Below are positions 10,601 through 19,828 of a stretch of DNA of 64,000 bases, in pieces. Where the stretch lies: contig JACPNK010000006.1 in NCBI GenBank assembly GCA_016185525.1, forward strand, positions 22,728 to 86,727, in the 5' to 3' direction. Made by a program: the position numbers and the translations under genes. The DNA comes from Candidatus Yanofskybacteria bacterium (lineage in GTDB: Bacteria; Patescibacteriota; Minisyncoccia; 2-02-FULL-40-12; IGHO2-12-FULL-4). The stretch's first letter is position 1, and every line of letters begins with the position of its first letter. The notes under the pieces were generated by a model, which worked only from the letters and a program-made list of their open reading frames with translations, was not told the DNA's origin and made no database searches.

Positions 10601-11267
10601 TTCTGATGTTGAAGGACGGGTTGTGGAGATTAAAGAAAGTGCCCGCCAGCACTCCATCAATATTGTTACAACTACAGGCGAGGAGAAATCTTTTACCGCT
10701 CCTTTGGGTCAGGTTTTATGGATCAAAGAGGGCGATGAAATTGTTCCCGGCCAGCAGTTGACTGAAGGACATGTTGACCCCAAAGAGCTTTACACAATTA
10801 CCAAAGACATAAATGCTGTTGCCAACTACATTATTCGTGAAGTTCAAAGCATATATTTTGCCACTGGTGAAGGAATTAACAACAAACACGTTGAGCTGAT
10901 TGTCAGGCAGATGTTTTCCCGAGTCAGGATTATTGATGCCGGAGACACTGATTTGCTTCCGGGAGACATTGTTGAAAGAAGACAGTTCAGAGAGCAAAAC
11001 GATCTTGTCAAAAAAGAAGGCGGAACAGAGGCAACATTTGAGTCTTTTGTTTTGGGCATCAGTAAAGTCGCTCTCTCTACCGAAAGCTTCTTGTCTGCCG
11101 CTTCTTTTCAGGAAACAGCCAGAGTTTTGATTGATTCGGCGATTGTCGGCAAAGAGGACAAACTTCGAGGCCTTAAAGAGAATGTCATTATCGGTCGTCT
11201 TATTCCTGCAGGAACCGGTTATAACGTTGACTTTCAAGATGTGCCGCAGGAACCGGTACAGGAATAG
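7668..11267 (+). CDS. rpoC: RNA polymerase beta' subunit
   Basis: GEVTKPETINYRT, NADFDGDQMAVH, GEPGTQLTMRTFH. Confidence 0.99.
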   Translation: MNNFTSLKLKIASPEEILEWSYGEVTKPETINYRTQKPERDGLFSEAIFGPVKDFECYCGKYKRIRYKGIICDRCGVEVTRSIVRRERMGHIRLASPVAHIWFLRGVPSKVAVVLDVSLVELERVIYFASYIVMRVNEELKAEAMKKIENEFRSKIKNAKDENEAIRLKEQKDYEKNNLRAIKKYQILSELDFRDLSLKYGEVFEAGIGAEAIKKLLGEIELNDLVKATDNELKATDNPNIRKKMIRRLKLLRGMIRNNIRPEWMILDILPVIPPALRPMVQLDGGRFATADLNDLYRRVINRNNRLKHLLELHAPEVITKNEKRMLQEAVDALIDNSMRRGQTMISASTGQKRALKSLADMLKGKTGRFRQNLLGKRVDYSGRSVIVVGPNLDIDQCGLPKHMALELFKPFVVHKLISAGLAHNIKSANRLIDQQIPEVWQALEESIKDKLVLLNRAPTLHRLSVQAFRPSLIEGKAITIPALPTSAFNADFDGDQMAVHLPLTNEAQKEAKDLMLASHGILKPSTGEPVAAPSKDVVFGCFYLTHPGDNLLGEGKTFSSEEEALLSHNNGFTDLRAKIKIKTDKKIDANELLENGFITTTVGRIIFNRGLPEDFRFVNKTLTKGQLKALEAELLDERGEEETVKFLNTAKNLGFHYATISGVSFAVEDLRAVSDKQSMLDEADQKIEEGRGLYDQGLLTEYERKSKAIEVWTDVKSRLEKMVKQNFKNDDSVFMLVESGARGSWATVNQLAGMRGLFANPAGELIELPVKGSFKEGLSVLEYFLSTHGARKGLVDTALNTAQAGYLTRRLVDVAQDVVVKEKDCKDKDGYVMLTEDGKQIGESLGKRIKGRVILEDVLDKDGEVVIKKGTLISKDLAAKIDSLNLDKIRIRSIIACRAKDGICQYCYGYDLSKNRLVEVGEAVGIVTAQAIGEPGTQLTMRTFHTGGVAGGGDITMGLPRVEEIFEARTPSAKALVSDVEGRVVEIKESARQHSINIVTTTGEEKSFTAPLGQVLWIKEGDEIVPGQQLTEGHVDPKELYTITKDINAVANYIIREVQSIYFATGEGINNKHVELIVRQMFSRVRIIDAGDTDLLPGDIVERRQFREQNDLVKKEGGTEATFESFVLGISKVALSTESFLSAASFQETARVLIDSAIVGKEDKLRGLKENVIIGRLIPAGTGYNVDFQDVPQEPVQE

Positions 11268-11272
11268 AATTC

Positions 11273-11457
11273 GGGAACTTGGCGAACATCACTTCTTTGG
11301 TACGTTCGCTGATTCCAGCCTGCCTGCTGGCAGGCAGGCGGCAGACTCACTCGCTGTTCGCCTGGGTTTTGGCTGGAGTTACAGAATAATTATACTCCAG
11401 CCAACAAAGCAAACCGCAGGCTCACAGCGACCCAGAAGTAATTTTCGCCAAGTTCCC
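11273..11457. ncRNA. Structured repeat / candidate ncRNA, copy 1
   Basis: Closing stem GGGAACTTGGCGAA/TTCGCCAAGTTCCC; core shared with 15773-15934 with compensatory stem changes. Confidence 0.55.
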
Positions 11458-11553
11458 TTAGTAAGCCTTGCCTGATTATGTCACTTGCGGGAGTGGGCAG
11501 GTTTTATATAATAAAAACAAGGTCGAGCTAATTTCTAAAAGAGTTCTACTTAT

Positions 11554-11787
11554 ATGATAAAAAAAATAGCGGTTAGCGTTCTCATTACTTCAGTAGTGCT
11601 TTTAACATTTTTAGCGGTACTCTCCATTTGGGATGTTTTACAAAAAGATGTTTTAGGGAAATCTCTTGCTACTCTAGGTGTTATAGCCTTTGCATCGCTG
11701 ATTGTATTGTTGGCAGCTAAATACATAGAGGATCACCCAAGGACAGGCGGTAAAGAAGATCCTGGTCAGAACAATTTTGTTCAATAA
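11554..11787 (+). CDS. Small two-TM membrane protein
   Basis: 77-aa ORF with two hydrophobic helices; TATAAT upstream. Confidence 0.7.
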   Translation: MIKKIAVSVLITSVVLLTFLAVLSIWDVLQKDVLGKSLATLGVIAFASLIVLLAAKYIEDHPRTGGKEDPGQNNFVQ

Positions 11788-11954
11788 AACAAAATAATTA
11801 CATCAAGGCGCCGCCTTGATGACGCACATATCCCAGCTTAAAAGCTTGGGAGAAAAACCGCCATATGTGTGTGGACATTACCAAAGCCTCTTGACAGAGG
11901 CTTTGTCATTTGGTATCCTGTAGAAGCAGTATCAAGAAGAAAAGGAGAAAAAAC

Positions 11955-12308
11955 ATGTTTGAAGTTGTGGTTGCCATGGAAACGGTTGGGAAGTTTCCAA
12001 ACTTCCAAGAGGCTTTCAGAGTTTTCTTTGACAAAGTAAAAAAGTTGGTTGGGCAAGGGGCGAGTCTCAATGTTTTGGGAACTACTTGTTGGATTGAATA
12101 TTCAAATATACTGATGTATTTTTATGATGCCAGGGATCTGGCCTACAAAGTCGGTGTTTTGAAAGGTAGAGGGGAACTTGTTGATCCTTTGCCTAAGATT
12201 GACCATCAGGTTATTGACGTGGCTTTCGCCGAAAGAGCGCTAGTTGCATTTGAAGAATTCATGATGGTGAAACCTGATGAGCCCTTGGAATATAAGCTCT
12301 TGAAATAG
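11955..12308 (+). CDS. Hypothetical protein
   Basis: AAGGAG RBS before ATG 11955; hairpin terminator after stop. Confidence 0.65.
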   Translation: MFEVVVAMETVGKFPNFQEAFRVFFDKVKKLVGQGASLNVLGTTCWIEYSNILMYFYDARDLAYKVGVLKGRGELVDPLPKIDHQVIDVAFAERALVAFEEFMMVKPDEPLEYKLLK

Positions 12309-12386
12309 CGCGCAGACTGTGAACGGGTTTAAGTATAACCCGTTTTTTGCTTTTTTTGACAGTCTCTAATATGATATAATGTACTT

Positions 12387-14576
12387 ATGTCCAAGAAGAA
12401 AGAATGGAAAAAGAGAGAGTCGGCAACGGCAGAGTCCAAGCCTCTTTTTGACTTGTCGCAAGAGACCAAGAACGGTATTTGGGGGGTATTGAGTTTTGGC
12501 TTGGCAATCTTAGCGACTCTGGCTTTTTTTGATAAAGCCGGACGGGCGGGGGATATTTTTAATAATTTAGCAAATTCACTTTTTGGCTGGGGAATGTTTT
12601 TGGTTCCGCTGGCCTTTTTAATTTTGGGAGCTTCCTTTGTAAAATCGGTTTCCAGGAAAATTTATACCAGCGCTATTTTCGGCACTTTGCTTTTTGTCCT
12701 TACTTTTTTAGCCTTGTTTTTCATTATCGGCCAAGGCGATTTTCAGGCCAGAGTTGCTCAAGGCGGATATTTGGGAGTTCTGATCGGCTTTCCGGTTCTC
12801 AAAGCTTTGAGCTTTACCTCTTCTTTAATTGTTCTGGTTTTGCTTTTGCTGGTTTCTCTTTTGATTGCTCTTAACATTTCCGTAGCCAACTTGCTTTTCA
12901 AGAAGAAAGAAGAAGATGCGCCATTACAGGATAATGTCGTGGTGAAAAGGGGGACGGAAGTGGTGGATATGAAAGAGGAGTCAAGAAAACACGAACCTGC
13001 TCCTAAAGTTGTGCCGGTTAAAAAAAGTATTGTTGACGAAGAAAAAGAGTTCGTTCTAAAAATGAGCAAATCTGGCAACTGGACTTTACCGCCGCTGGAA
13101 CTTTTACATACCGACACAGACCAGCCCCGTTCGGGAGATATCAATGCCCATGTCAATATTATCAAAAGAACTTTATCCAACTTTAACATAGAAGTGGAGA
13201 TGGGCGAGGTTTCTATCGGGCCGACTGTTACGCAATACACTTTGCGTCCGGCGGTGGGGGTCAAACTTTCAAAAATCACCACTTTACAGCCAGACTTGTC
13301 TCTGGCTTTGGCGGCCCATCCGATTAGGGTGGAAGCGCCTATTCCGGGTAAATCACTTGTGGGTATAGAAGTTCCTAACAAAAAGTTTGCCTTGGTGGGG
13401 TTAAGGAATCTGATTGATACCGATGAATTTAAAAAAGGCAATTCGGTTCTGCCTATCGGACTGGGGCGAGATGTCGCCGGTTTTCCGGTTTTTGCCAGTA
13501 TGGAAAAGATGCCTCATCTTTTGGTGGCCGGCGCTACCGGCACGGGTAAATCCGTTTGCATTAACGCGGTAATTTTATCCCTCTTATACAAGCACTCTCC
13601 AAATATTCTTAAATTTATATTTATTGACCCCAAGCGCGTTGAACTTACCGCTTACAATGGCATTCCTCACTTGGTTACTCCGACAATTGTAGACCCCAAA
13701 AAGGCCGTCAACGCCTTGAAGTGGGCGGTCAGAGAAATGGAAAAAAGATATGAATTGCTTTCGGCGGCTGGGGCTAGAGACGTTTTTTCCTATAACTCTA
13801 AAATGTCCGGCAAGAAAGATATTGAGGTTATGCCTTTCGTTGTCATAGTCATAGATGAGCTGGCCGATCTTATGGCTTCTCACGGCCGAGATATAGAGGG
13901 AGCGATTATCCGTTTGGCGCAAATGGCGCGAGCGGTTGGCATCCATCTGATTGTTTCCACTCAAAGACCCTCGGTGGAAGTTATCACCGGCCTTATCAAA
14001 GCCAATATCACTTCACGAATCGCTTTTCAGGTTGCTTCAGGTATAGACTCGCGGACGATTTTGGACTCTTCCGGTGCGGAAAAACTTTTGGGCAGAGGTG
14101 ATATGCTTTTCCAGGCAGGCGATACGGCTAAGCCGAGGCGTATTCAAGGCGCTTTTGTTTCCGAAAAAGAAGTCAAAGATGTGGTCAAGTTTATTAAGAT
14201 GCAAGCCGAACAGGCGGCTGAAGAAGGTGTTGAGGAAAACGGCAATTTGGTGATTGAGCCGGATGCAGTGGTGGCTGATACTCGCGGCGGTTCCGGCGAA
14301 GACATGGGCGACGATATGTACTTTGATGCTAAAGATGTGGTGGTGCAGGCCGGCAAAGCTTCCGCCTCTTTACTCCAGCGCAGATTACGGGTAGGCTATG
14401 CAAGAGCGGCTAGACTACTAGATCTGCTTGAAGAAAAAGGCGTGATTGGGCCGGGTGAAGGCGCCAAACCGAGAGAAGTATTTATCGCCCGTTCTAATAT
14501 GGACGCCGGCATAGGAAGAAACATTGAACCGGATGACGGCAGTATGGCTGAAGAAGCGCCGACAGAAGAAACGTAA
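12387..14576 (+). CDS. ftsK: DNA translocase FtsK/SpoIIIE
   Basis: N-terminal TMs, PHLLVAGATGTGKS, IDELADLM, GAEKLLGRGDML, SLLQRRLRVGYARAAR. Confidence 0.97.
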   Translation: MSKKKEWKKRESATAESKPLFDLSQETKNGIWGVLSFGLAILATLAFFDKAGRAGDIFNNLANSLFGWGMFLVPLAFLILGASFVKSVSRKIYTSAIFGTLLFVLTFLALFFIIGQGDFQARVAQGGYLGVLIGFPVLKALSFTSSLIVLVLLLLVSLLIALNISVANLLFKKKEEDAPLQDNVVVKRGTEVVDMKEESRKHEPAPKVVPVKKSIVDEEKEFVLKMSKSGNWTLPPLELLHTDTDQPRSGDINAHVNIIKRTLSNFNIEVEMGEVSIGPTVTQYTLRPAVGVKLSKITTLQPDLSLALAAHPIRVEAPIPGKSLVGIEVPNKKFALVGLRNLIDTDEFKKGNSVLPIGLGRDVAGFPVFASMEKMPHLLVAGATGTGKSVCINAVILSLLYKHSPNILKFIFIDPKRVELTAYNGIPHLVTPTIVDPKKAVNALKWAVREMEKRYELLSAAGARDVFSYNSKMSGKKDIEVMPFVVIVIDELADLMASHGRDIEGAIIRLAQMARAVGIHLIVSTQRPSVEVITGLIKANITSRIAFQVASGIDSRTILDSSGAEKLLGRGDMLFQAGDTAKPRRIQGAFVSEKEVKDVVKFIKMQAEQAAEEGVEENGNLVIEPDAVVADTRGGSGEDMGDDMYFDAKDVVVQAGKASASLLQRRLRVGYARAARLLDLLEEKGVIGPGEGAKPREVFIARSNMDAGIGRNIEPDDGSMAEEAPTEET

Positions 14577-14712
14577 ATTGACCTAATTGCTCTAATTAAC
14601 CTAATTTCTAAAAAATAACCAATGTCTAATTTTAAAATTGGGATTTAGAAATTATTTAGGTCAATTAGAAATTAGAAAAATTAGAAATTTTAATCGGAGG
14701 GATAAATATATT

Positions 14713-15765
14713 ATGGCAAAGGAAAAAAATAAAGACGGCAAAAGTGCGGTCAGTGAGAACAGTAAAAGTGCCAGCACTGAGAATAGTCGAAGTGTTGACT
14801 TGGCTGTCAAAGAAATTCAGCAAAAATACGGCGACGGGTCAATAATGAAACTGGGCGATGCTCGGAAGGTTGATGTTGACGTTATTCCGACTGGTTCAAT
14901 TTCGCTTGACCTGGCTTTGGGTGTCGGCGGTGTGCCCCGGGGAAGAATGATTGAAATTTACGGACCGGAAAGTTCCGGCAAAACCACTTTGGCTTTGCAT
15001 CTTGTGGCCGAAGTTCAAAAAATGGGCGGAACGGCGGCTTATGTGGACGCTGAACACGCTCTTGATCCGGAATATGCCGGCAGAATTGGCGTAAAAACCA
15101 AAGACTTGCTGATTTCCCAGCCAGACCATGGTGAACAGGCGTTGGAAATAGTTGAGACGCTGGTCCGCTCCGGTGGGATAGATTTGGTGGTGATTGATTC
15201 GGTTGCGGCTTTGACGCCAAGGGCGGAAATTGAAGGGGAGATGGATCAACAGCACATGGGTTTGCAGGCGCGTCTCATGTCGCATGCCCTACGCAAACTC
15301 ACCGGAATTGTTTCAAAGACTAACACCACCGTTGTTTTCATAAACCAGATCAGGCACAAAATCGGAATTATGTTTGGTAATCCGGAAACTACAACCGGTG
15401 GTTTGGCTTTAAAATTTTATTCTTCGGTTAGAATAGAAATTCGCCGGGCGGCGCAAATCCAATCGGGCGAAAAAATTATCGGTAACCGGACTAAAGCAAA
15501 AATTGTAAAAAATAAAGTGGCGGCGCCGTTCAAAGTTGCCGAGTTTGATATTTTGTACAACGAAGGCATCTCGCGTTTGGCAGACTTGGTAAATACTGGA
15601 GTTAATCTGGGCGTGGTTGCCAAATCCGGCAGTTGGTATAACTTTGGCGAACAAAAACTGGGGCAAGGGATTGAGGGTTCTCGCCAATTTCTAAAAGAAA
15701 ATCCTAAGATAGAAAAAGAAATTCTCTCAAGCGTCAAAAAAGCGGCGGCGGTCAAAGAGGCGTAA
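14713..15765 (+). CDS. recA: Recombinase A
   Basis: [36 protein letters not shown]; start at MAKEK after GGAGG. Confidence 0.99.
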   Translation: MAKEKNKDGKSAVSENSKSASTENSRSVDLAVKEIQQKYGDGSIMKLGDARKVDVDVIPTGSISLDLALGVGGVPRGRMIEIYGPESSGKTTLALHLVAEVQKMGGTAAYVDAEHALDPEYAGRIGVKTKDLLISQPDHGEQALEIVETLVRSGGIDLVVIDSVAALTPRAEIEGEMDQQHMGLQARLMSHALRKLTGIVSKTNTTVVFINQIRHKIGIMFGNPETTTGGLALKFYSSVRIEIRRAAQIQSGEKIIGNRTKAKIVKNKVAAPFKVAEFDILYNEGISRLADLVNTGVNLGVVAKSGSWYNFGEQKLGQGIEGSRQFLKENPKIEKEILSSVKKAAAVKEA

Positions 15766-15772
15766 TTTTTAC

Positions 15773-15934
15773 AAGCTTCGCAGATACAGTCTTTTCGGTA
15801 CTTTCGCTGATTCCAGCGATCAGCTCACTCGCTGTTCGTCTGGGTTTCAGAAGGAGTTAAAGAATAATTATACTCCTTCTGACCAAGCAAACCGCAGGCT
15901 CACAGCGACCTCAAAGGCTGTATCTGCTACGCTT
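15773..15934. ncRNA. Structured repeat / candidate ncRNA, copy 2
   Basis: Closing stem GCAGATACAGTCTTT/AAAGGCTGTATCTGC; same core as 11273-11457. Confidence 0.55.
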
Positions 15935-16163
15935 TAGACGACATCTTGCCTGCCAAAATCTCCACTATTGGTTTCAAAGTGATCGGCAGTTACTTTTTAG
16001 AAAAATCTCTAAAGGCCCGACCTTTTCAGAGGACTGTCCTTAAATCTGAAAAAAGGACAGTCCTCGGATCGGACCTTGGTGTTAAAACCCTTGCAAAACA
16101 AGGATTTTAAGGTCTTGCGCAGTCACCAAGTTTTGTGGTATAATATAATTTGGAGGTAAGAAC

Positions 16164-16349
16164 ATGAGAAAGTATGTAGTTCTGGGTGGTGCTCTATTGG
16201 GTGTCGCCTTGGCGCTCTTTTCCAAGGCAAACCCTGAAATGTTGTTGTTCAGGGGAATACCACTCGCGTTCCATTTTACCATTATTGGGGCGGTCGTGGG
16301 CAGTCTCACCCACGACATTGCCACCTCTTTTGGCAAAAAAGAGGAGTAG
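16164..16349 (+). CDS. Small membrane protein
   Basis: GGAGG RBS, two hydrophobic segments, promoter TTGCGC..TATAAT. Confidence 0.6.
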   Translation: MRKYVVLGGALLGVALALFSKANPEMLLFRGIPLAFHFTIIGAVVGSLTHDIATSFGKKEE

Positions 16350-16452
16350 AGAAGAGTAGTTCAACCAGTTCTCCGGCAGGGGGGGTCCAAAAAGCTCTCT
16401 GCCGGAGTTTTGACAACAGGATTTTTTCAAAGAAGAATTTGCAAAGGAGGCG

Positions 16453-16785
16453 GTGATGGCAAAATACTGTATGTTGGTCAGTGACGAAGAGGAAAGCCAT
16501 GTCGTTTGTGACTGTGGTGAAGATGTTTTTGTGCGGGGTCTTGAGCCGCTACGAAAAAAAAGTCTGGATTTTGCGTTGGACCAGCTTGAGACTAAAGGCC
16601 AAGTAAAAAAGTGCTCGTGTTGCGAGCACCGAGTAGTTGTCTGTCGGGATTGTGTTGATGACGATATTTTCTTATGTATTTGTTGCAGGAAGGAAGCCGA
16701 CGAGTTGCCCGAGTTTTACAACTCGGATGATGACTTTCGGGAACTTGCCGGGGTCTTTGAGGGTCACGACGGTTATGACGAGTAA
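16453..16785 (+). CDS. Small Cys-rich (putative zinc-binding) acidic protein
   Basis: AAGGAGG RBS; CDCG, CSCC, CRDC, CICC motifs. Confidence 0.6.
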   Translation: MMAKYCMLVSDEEESHVVCDCGEDVFVRGLEPLRKKSLDFALDQLETKGQVKKCSCCEHRVVVCRDCVDDDIFLCICCRKEADELPEFYNSDDDFRELAGVFEGHDGYDE

Positions 16786-16921
16786 ACCTTAGTGTATTTA
16801 CCGAGTGTTTACTGAGGACTGTCCTCAGGAGTGGTCAAAAGAAAAGAGAAAAGAAAAAGGAGACTGAAAAGCCCTGTACCGTATGGTATGGGGCTTCATT
16901 TTTAAAACTCTTGCTTAAAAA

Positions 16922-16955
16922 CTAAAACCCCTTGCATTAATGCAAGGGGTTTTAG
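16922..16955. terminator. Bidirectional hairpin terminator
   Basis: Perfect palindrome CTAAAACCCCTTGCATTAATGCAAGGGGTTTTAG. Confidence 0.7.
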
Positions 16956-16956
16956 C

Positions 16957-17026
16957 GTGGAGCCAAGGGGAATTGAACCCCTCTATCCGAATGACAATTG
17001 CGGATTCCTCACCTTGAGGTGGCCCC
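16957..17026 (-). ncRNA. tRNA-like small RNA with Ala-type acceptor stem
   Basis: GGGGCCA/TGGCTCC-A acceptor with G3:U70, T arm AGGGG-TTCAATT-CCCCT, non-canonical D and anticodon arms. Confidence 0.55.
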
Positions 17027-17196
17027 TTAAACTCCACAAAGTTATCCTATCATTTTAGTATTAAAAATTAAAACTGGAATTAAAAAAAGAAAATCCGAGA
17101 ATTTTCTCGGATTTTCGAGGCTAAATTGAACCCGCAATTGTCAACTTAAAGTATAGCAAATTCAAAAATCTTGTCAATGACTAATGTGGATAAACC

Positions 17197-17403
17197 TTAT
17201 TTTCTTGTCTGCGCGCGAGTATACGGCATCAAAGCCATGAAGCGGGCGTGTTTGATGGCGGCGGCGAGCTGGCGCTGATGTTTGGGGCAGAGGCCGGTGC
17301 GTTTGGCGGTGATAATTTTAAATTGACCCGTTGTAAACTTGCGCAATAAACGAGCGTCTTTATAGTCAATCGTATTTATTTTTTCCTGACAGGCGATACA
17401 CAT
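17197..17403 (-). CDS. rpsR: 30S ribosomal protein S18
   Basis: IDYKDARLLRKF...KRTGLCPKHQRQLAAAIKHARFMALMPY. Confidence 0.97.
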   Translation of the reverse strand: MCIACQEKINTIDYKDARLLRKFTTGQFKIITAKRTGLCPKHQRQLAAAIKHARFMALMPYTRAQTRK

Positions 17404-17485
17404 GTTTGCTTCGCAAACTAGTTATCAAGTTAAAAGTTCATCAAATTCTTAAAGTTTTTACTTTATAACTTTATAACTTTACGAA

Positions 17486-18037
17486 CTAGAAAGGTATATC
17501 TTTCAAATCTACTTCCGCTTCTTCAATTTCATTGCTTGAAATTATCGGTTCGTTGATGGGCTCGTTTTCATTGATAACCGGTATTTCTTCGTCTTCAATT
17601 TCCTTAGCTGTTATTGCCGGTTTTTGTGAGGTGAATTTCTGGGACATCGGGCTGGAGTTTTGAGAGTAACCATTGCTGTTGCCAAGGCTTCTTGAGCCGG
17701 ATTCATTTGTTGTGCGCGGACCCAATTGTATGTTTTCAGCAACTACTTCTGTTCTGTAGCGTTTCAAATTATCTTGTCCGGTCCAAGATCGCGTCTGCAA
17801 TCTGCCCTCTATCATTACAAGTCCGCCCTTTTTTAGGTACTGGGCGGCTATCTGCGCCAATCTGCCCCACAAAGTGATGCTGTGGAATTCGACCTGCTCT
17901 TGTTTTTGTCCCGATTGGTTTGTCCAGACTCTGTTTGTCGCGACTCGCATACTGACAACTTCTTGCCCCGTGGCGGTGGTTCGGCTTTCCGGATCAGCCG
18001 CCAAACGGCCTACTAAAATGACGCGGTTTAAGTTCAT
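17486..18037 (-). CDS. ssb: Single-stranded DNA-binding protein
   Basis: NRVILVGRLAADPE, IEGRLQTRSW, C-terminal DIPF. Confidence 0.98.
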   Translation of the reverse strand: MNLNRVILVGRLAADPESRTTATGQEVVSMRVATNRVWTNQSGQKQEQVEFHSITLWGRLAQIAAQYLKKGGLVMIEGRLQTRSWTGQDNLKRYRTEVVAENIQLGPRTTNESGSRSLGNSNGYSQNSSPMSQKFTSQKPAITAKEIEDEEIPVINENEPINEPIISSNEIEEAEVDLKDIPF

Positions 18038-18043
18038 GTTATT

Positions 18044-18499
18044 TTATAATTTAGTTATTACTTCTTCAATTTGTTTTTCAATTTCTTCCGGTTTGACTTC
18101 TTCTTTTGGTCTCTTTTCTAGTGCCGGCGGCGTATGGGTTCTAATCTTTGGTCTGGAAGAAGTTTCTTTGATACTTCTTAAAACTCTCTGATTTTCTTTG
18201 ATCTTAAGTATCAGAAATCTAAGCAAAGAGTCGTTGAGTTTAAGCTGATTTTCCAAGGGCTTAATCGCTTCCGTTGGCGATTTAAATTCAACAACTCCAA
18301 AGAAAGAAAAGCGTTTGTGTTTGAGAGGATAGGAAAGTCTTTGCTTTTTTGGTTCCCTTGAATTCAAAATAGTGCCGCCAAGCCGGGATATTACATCTTC
18401 TATTTCCTTGAGTTTGGTTCCAGTTTCGCTCTCTTCCAATTCAGGCAGAAGATGGAAACCGAGCTCGTAGTTGTCTATTTTTTGTTCTAATTCCGCCAT
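18044..18499 (-). CDS. rpsF: 30S ribosomal protein S6
   Basis: YELGFHL, KQRLSYPLK, LLRFLI; rpsF-ssb-rpsR synteny; start at MAELEQK. Confidence 0.93.
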   Translation of the reverse strand: MAELEQKIDNYELGFHLLPELEESETGTKLKEIEDVISRLGGTILNSREPKKQRLSYPLKHKRFSFFGVVEFKSPTEAIKPLENQLKLNDSLLRFLILKIKENQRVLRSIKETSSRPKIRTHTPPALEKRPKEEVKPEEIEKQIEEVITKL

Positions 18500-18537
18500 T
18501 TTGTATGGTGGCATCCTAACAAAGAAAGTTAGTTGAG

Positions 18538-19557
18538 TCAAATTTTTATTTCCACCACGTCGCCGTCTTGGACTATGTAATCTCGGCCGACAAGTTTCAA
18601 GGTGCCGTTTTCGCGTGCTTTGCCCCACGAGCCAGCCTCCACTAACTTTTGCCAATTAATAACTTCTGCTCTAATGAAAAGTTTTTCAAAGTCAGTATGA
18701 ATAGCCCGGGAAGCTTTGGGGATAGGTGTATTTTTGGGCGCGGTCCAGGCCCGGGTTTCGTCTTCCCCCGTGGTTAAGAAGGTGATTAAATCCAGAAGCT
18801 TATAACTTTTGGAAATCAGTTCATCTAAACCGGAGTGTTCCCGGAAGACTTCTGTGAGGTATAAATCTTTTTCTTCCGGAGAGGCTTCAGACAGCAGAAG
18901 TTCAAAATTAGCGGACAAGACGACATATTGTGATTCGCCCATGGCTTTGATTAGCTCCGGTTCCGGTTGCCAGCGGTTTTTAACCTGCTCTTCCGAAGCG
19001 TTTAAAACATATATCACTTTTTTTGAAGCGAGCAGTTCCAATTCCGGCAATCCTGCCTGACCGGCAGACAGGTCTTCATTCTTGTTTTTTTTGGCCTTTC
19101 TTTTTTCTATGGATTGCAAATCGGCCAATGCTAACTCTGTCTTGATTATTTCTATGTCATGAACCGGGTCAACTTTGCTGTGGACGTGAATTATATTCTT
19201 GTCTTCAAAAACTCTTACCACATGAGCGACTGCATCCACCTCTCTGATGTTGGCCAAAAACTTATTGCCCAAACCCTCGCCTTCAGCGGCGCCTTTGATT
19301 AGTCCGGCAATGTCTATGAACTCAATTGCTGTCGGCACTATTTTTTTTGAATGAGAAAGTCCGGCTAGTATTTTCAGTCTTTCATCCGGCACCTCAACTA
19401 CGCCTACATTGGGATCAATCGTCGTAAAGGGGTAGTTGGCAATGGCTATTTGTTTTCCTGCCCCGTGGCCGCCGTCAGGCGACTTTACGGGGTTAGTTAA
19501 GGCCTTAAAGAGGGTGGATTTACCTACATTAGGCAGGCCTACGATTCCGATTTGCAT
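18538..19557 (-). CDS. ychF: Ribosome-binding ATPase YchF
   Basis: [40 protein letters not shown]-terminal TGS domain; carries two short palindromic in-frame inserts. Confidence 0.97.
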   Translation of the reverse strand: MQIGIVGLPNVGKSTLFKALTNPVKSPDGGHGAGKQIAIANYPFTTIDPNVGVVEVPDERLKILAGLSHSKKIVPTAIEFIDIAGLIKGAAEGEGLGNKFLANIREVDAVAHVVRVFEDKNIIHVHSKVDPVHDIEIIKTELALADLQSIEKRKAKKNKNEDLSAGQAGLPELELLASKKVIYVLNASEEQVKNRWQPEPELIKAMGESQYVVLSANFELLLSEASPEEKDLYLTEVFREHSGLDELISKSYKLLDLITFLTTGEDETRAWTAPKNTPIPKASRAIHTDFEKLFIRAEVINWQKLVEAGSWGKARENGTLKLVGRDYIVQDGDVVEIKI

Positions 19558-19683
19558 ATGCGGTGAATATTAGCAAAAATCCAGTAGATACGCCAATTTT
19601 TTGAGCTTGACTTTTTGCTGAAAAGGTATATGATTAAGGTATAGTTAGGATAGTTCCTTTATTTACTACTTGCCCGCTTCGAC
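19540..19683 (+). repeat. About 143-bp direct repeat (ychF start plus divergent promoters), second copy 23914-24056
   Basis: Near-identical alignment from TACGATTCC to CCCGCTTCGAC. Confidence 0.9.
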
Positions 19684-19828
19684 AAGTCGAAGACGAGGCG
19701 AGCGAGCAGTCATAGCCATAAGTTTCTGATACAAATTGGAAGTTTATTGCTATGACTGCCATTCTGGTGGTCATCGCTGCCGCATAGTGCGGCCAAAACT
19801 GCCGGCATAGCGCCGGAAGGAGGAAGTT

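Noticed and set aside
14638-14712. N-terminal extension of RecA
   Set aside because: TTG start lies in nonamer repeats; the RBS favours ATG 14713
15790-15835. Hammerhead ribozyme in the structured repeat (CTGAT...GAAA on the minus strand)
   Set aside because: CUGANGA core is incomplete and not conserved in copy 1
16957-17026. Call as tmRNA or a standard tRNA
   Set aside because: Too short for tmRNA with no tag ORF, and no 7-nt anticodon loop; kept only as tRNA-like
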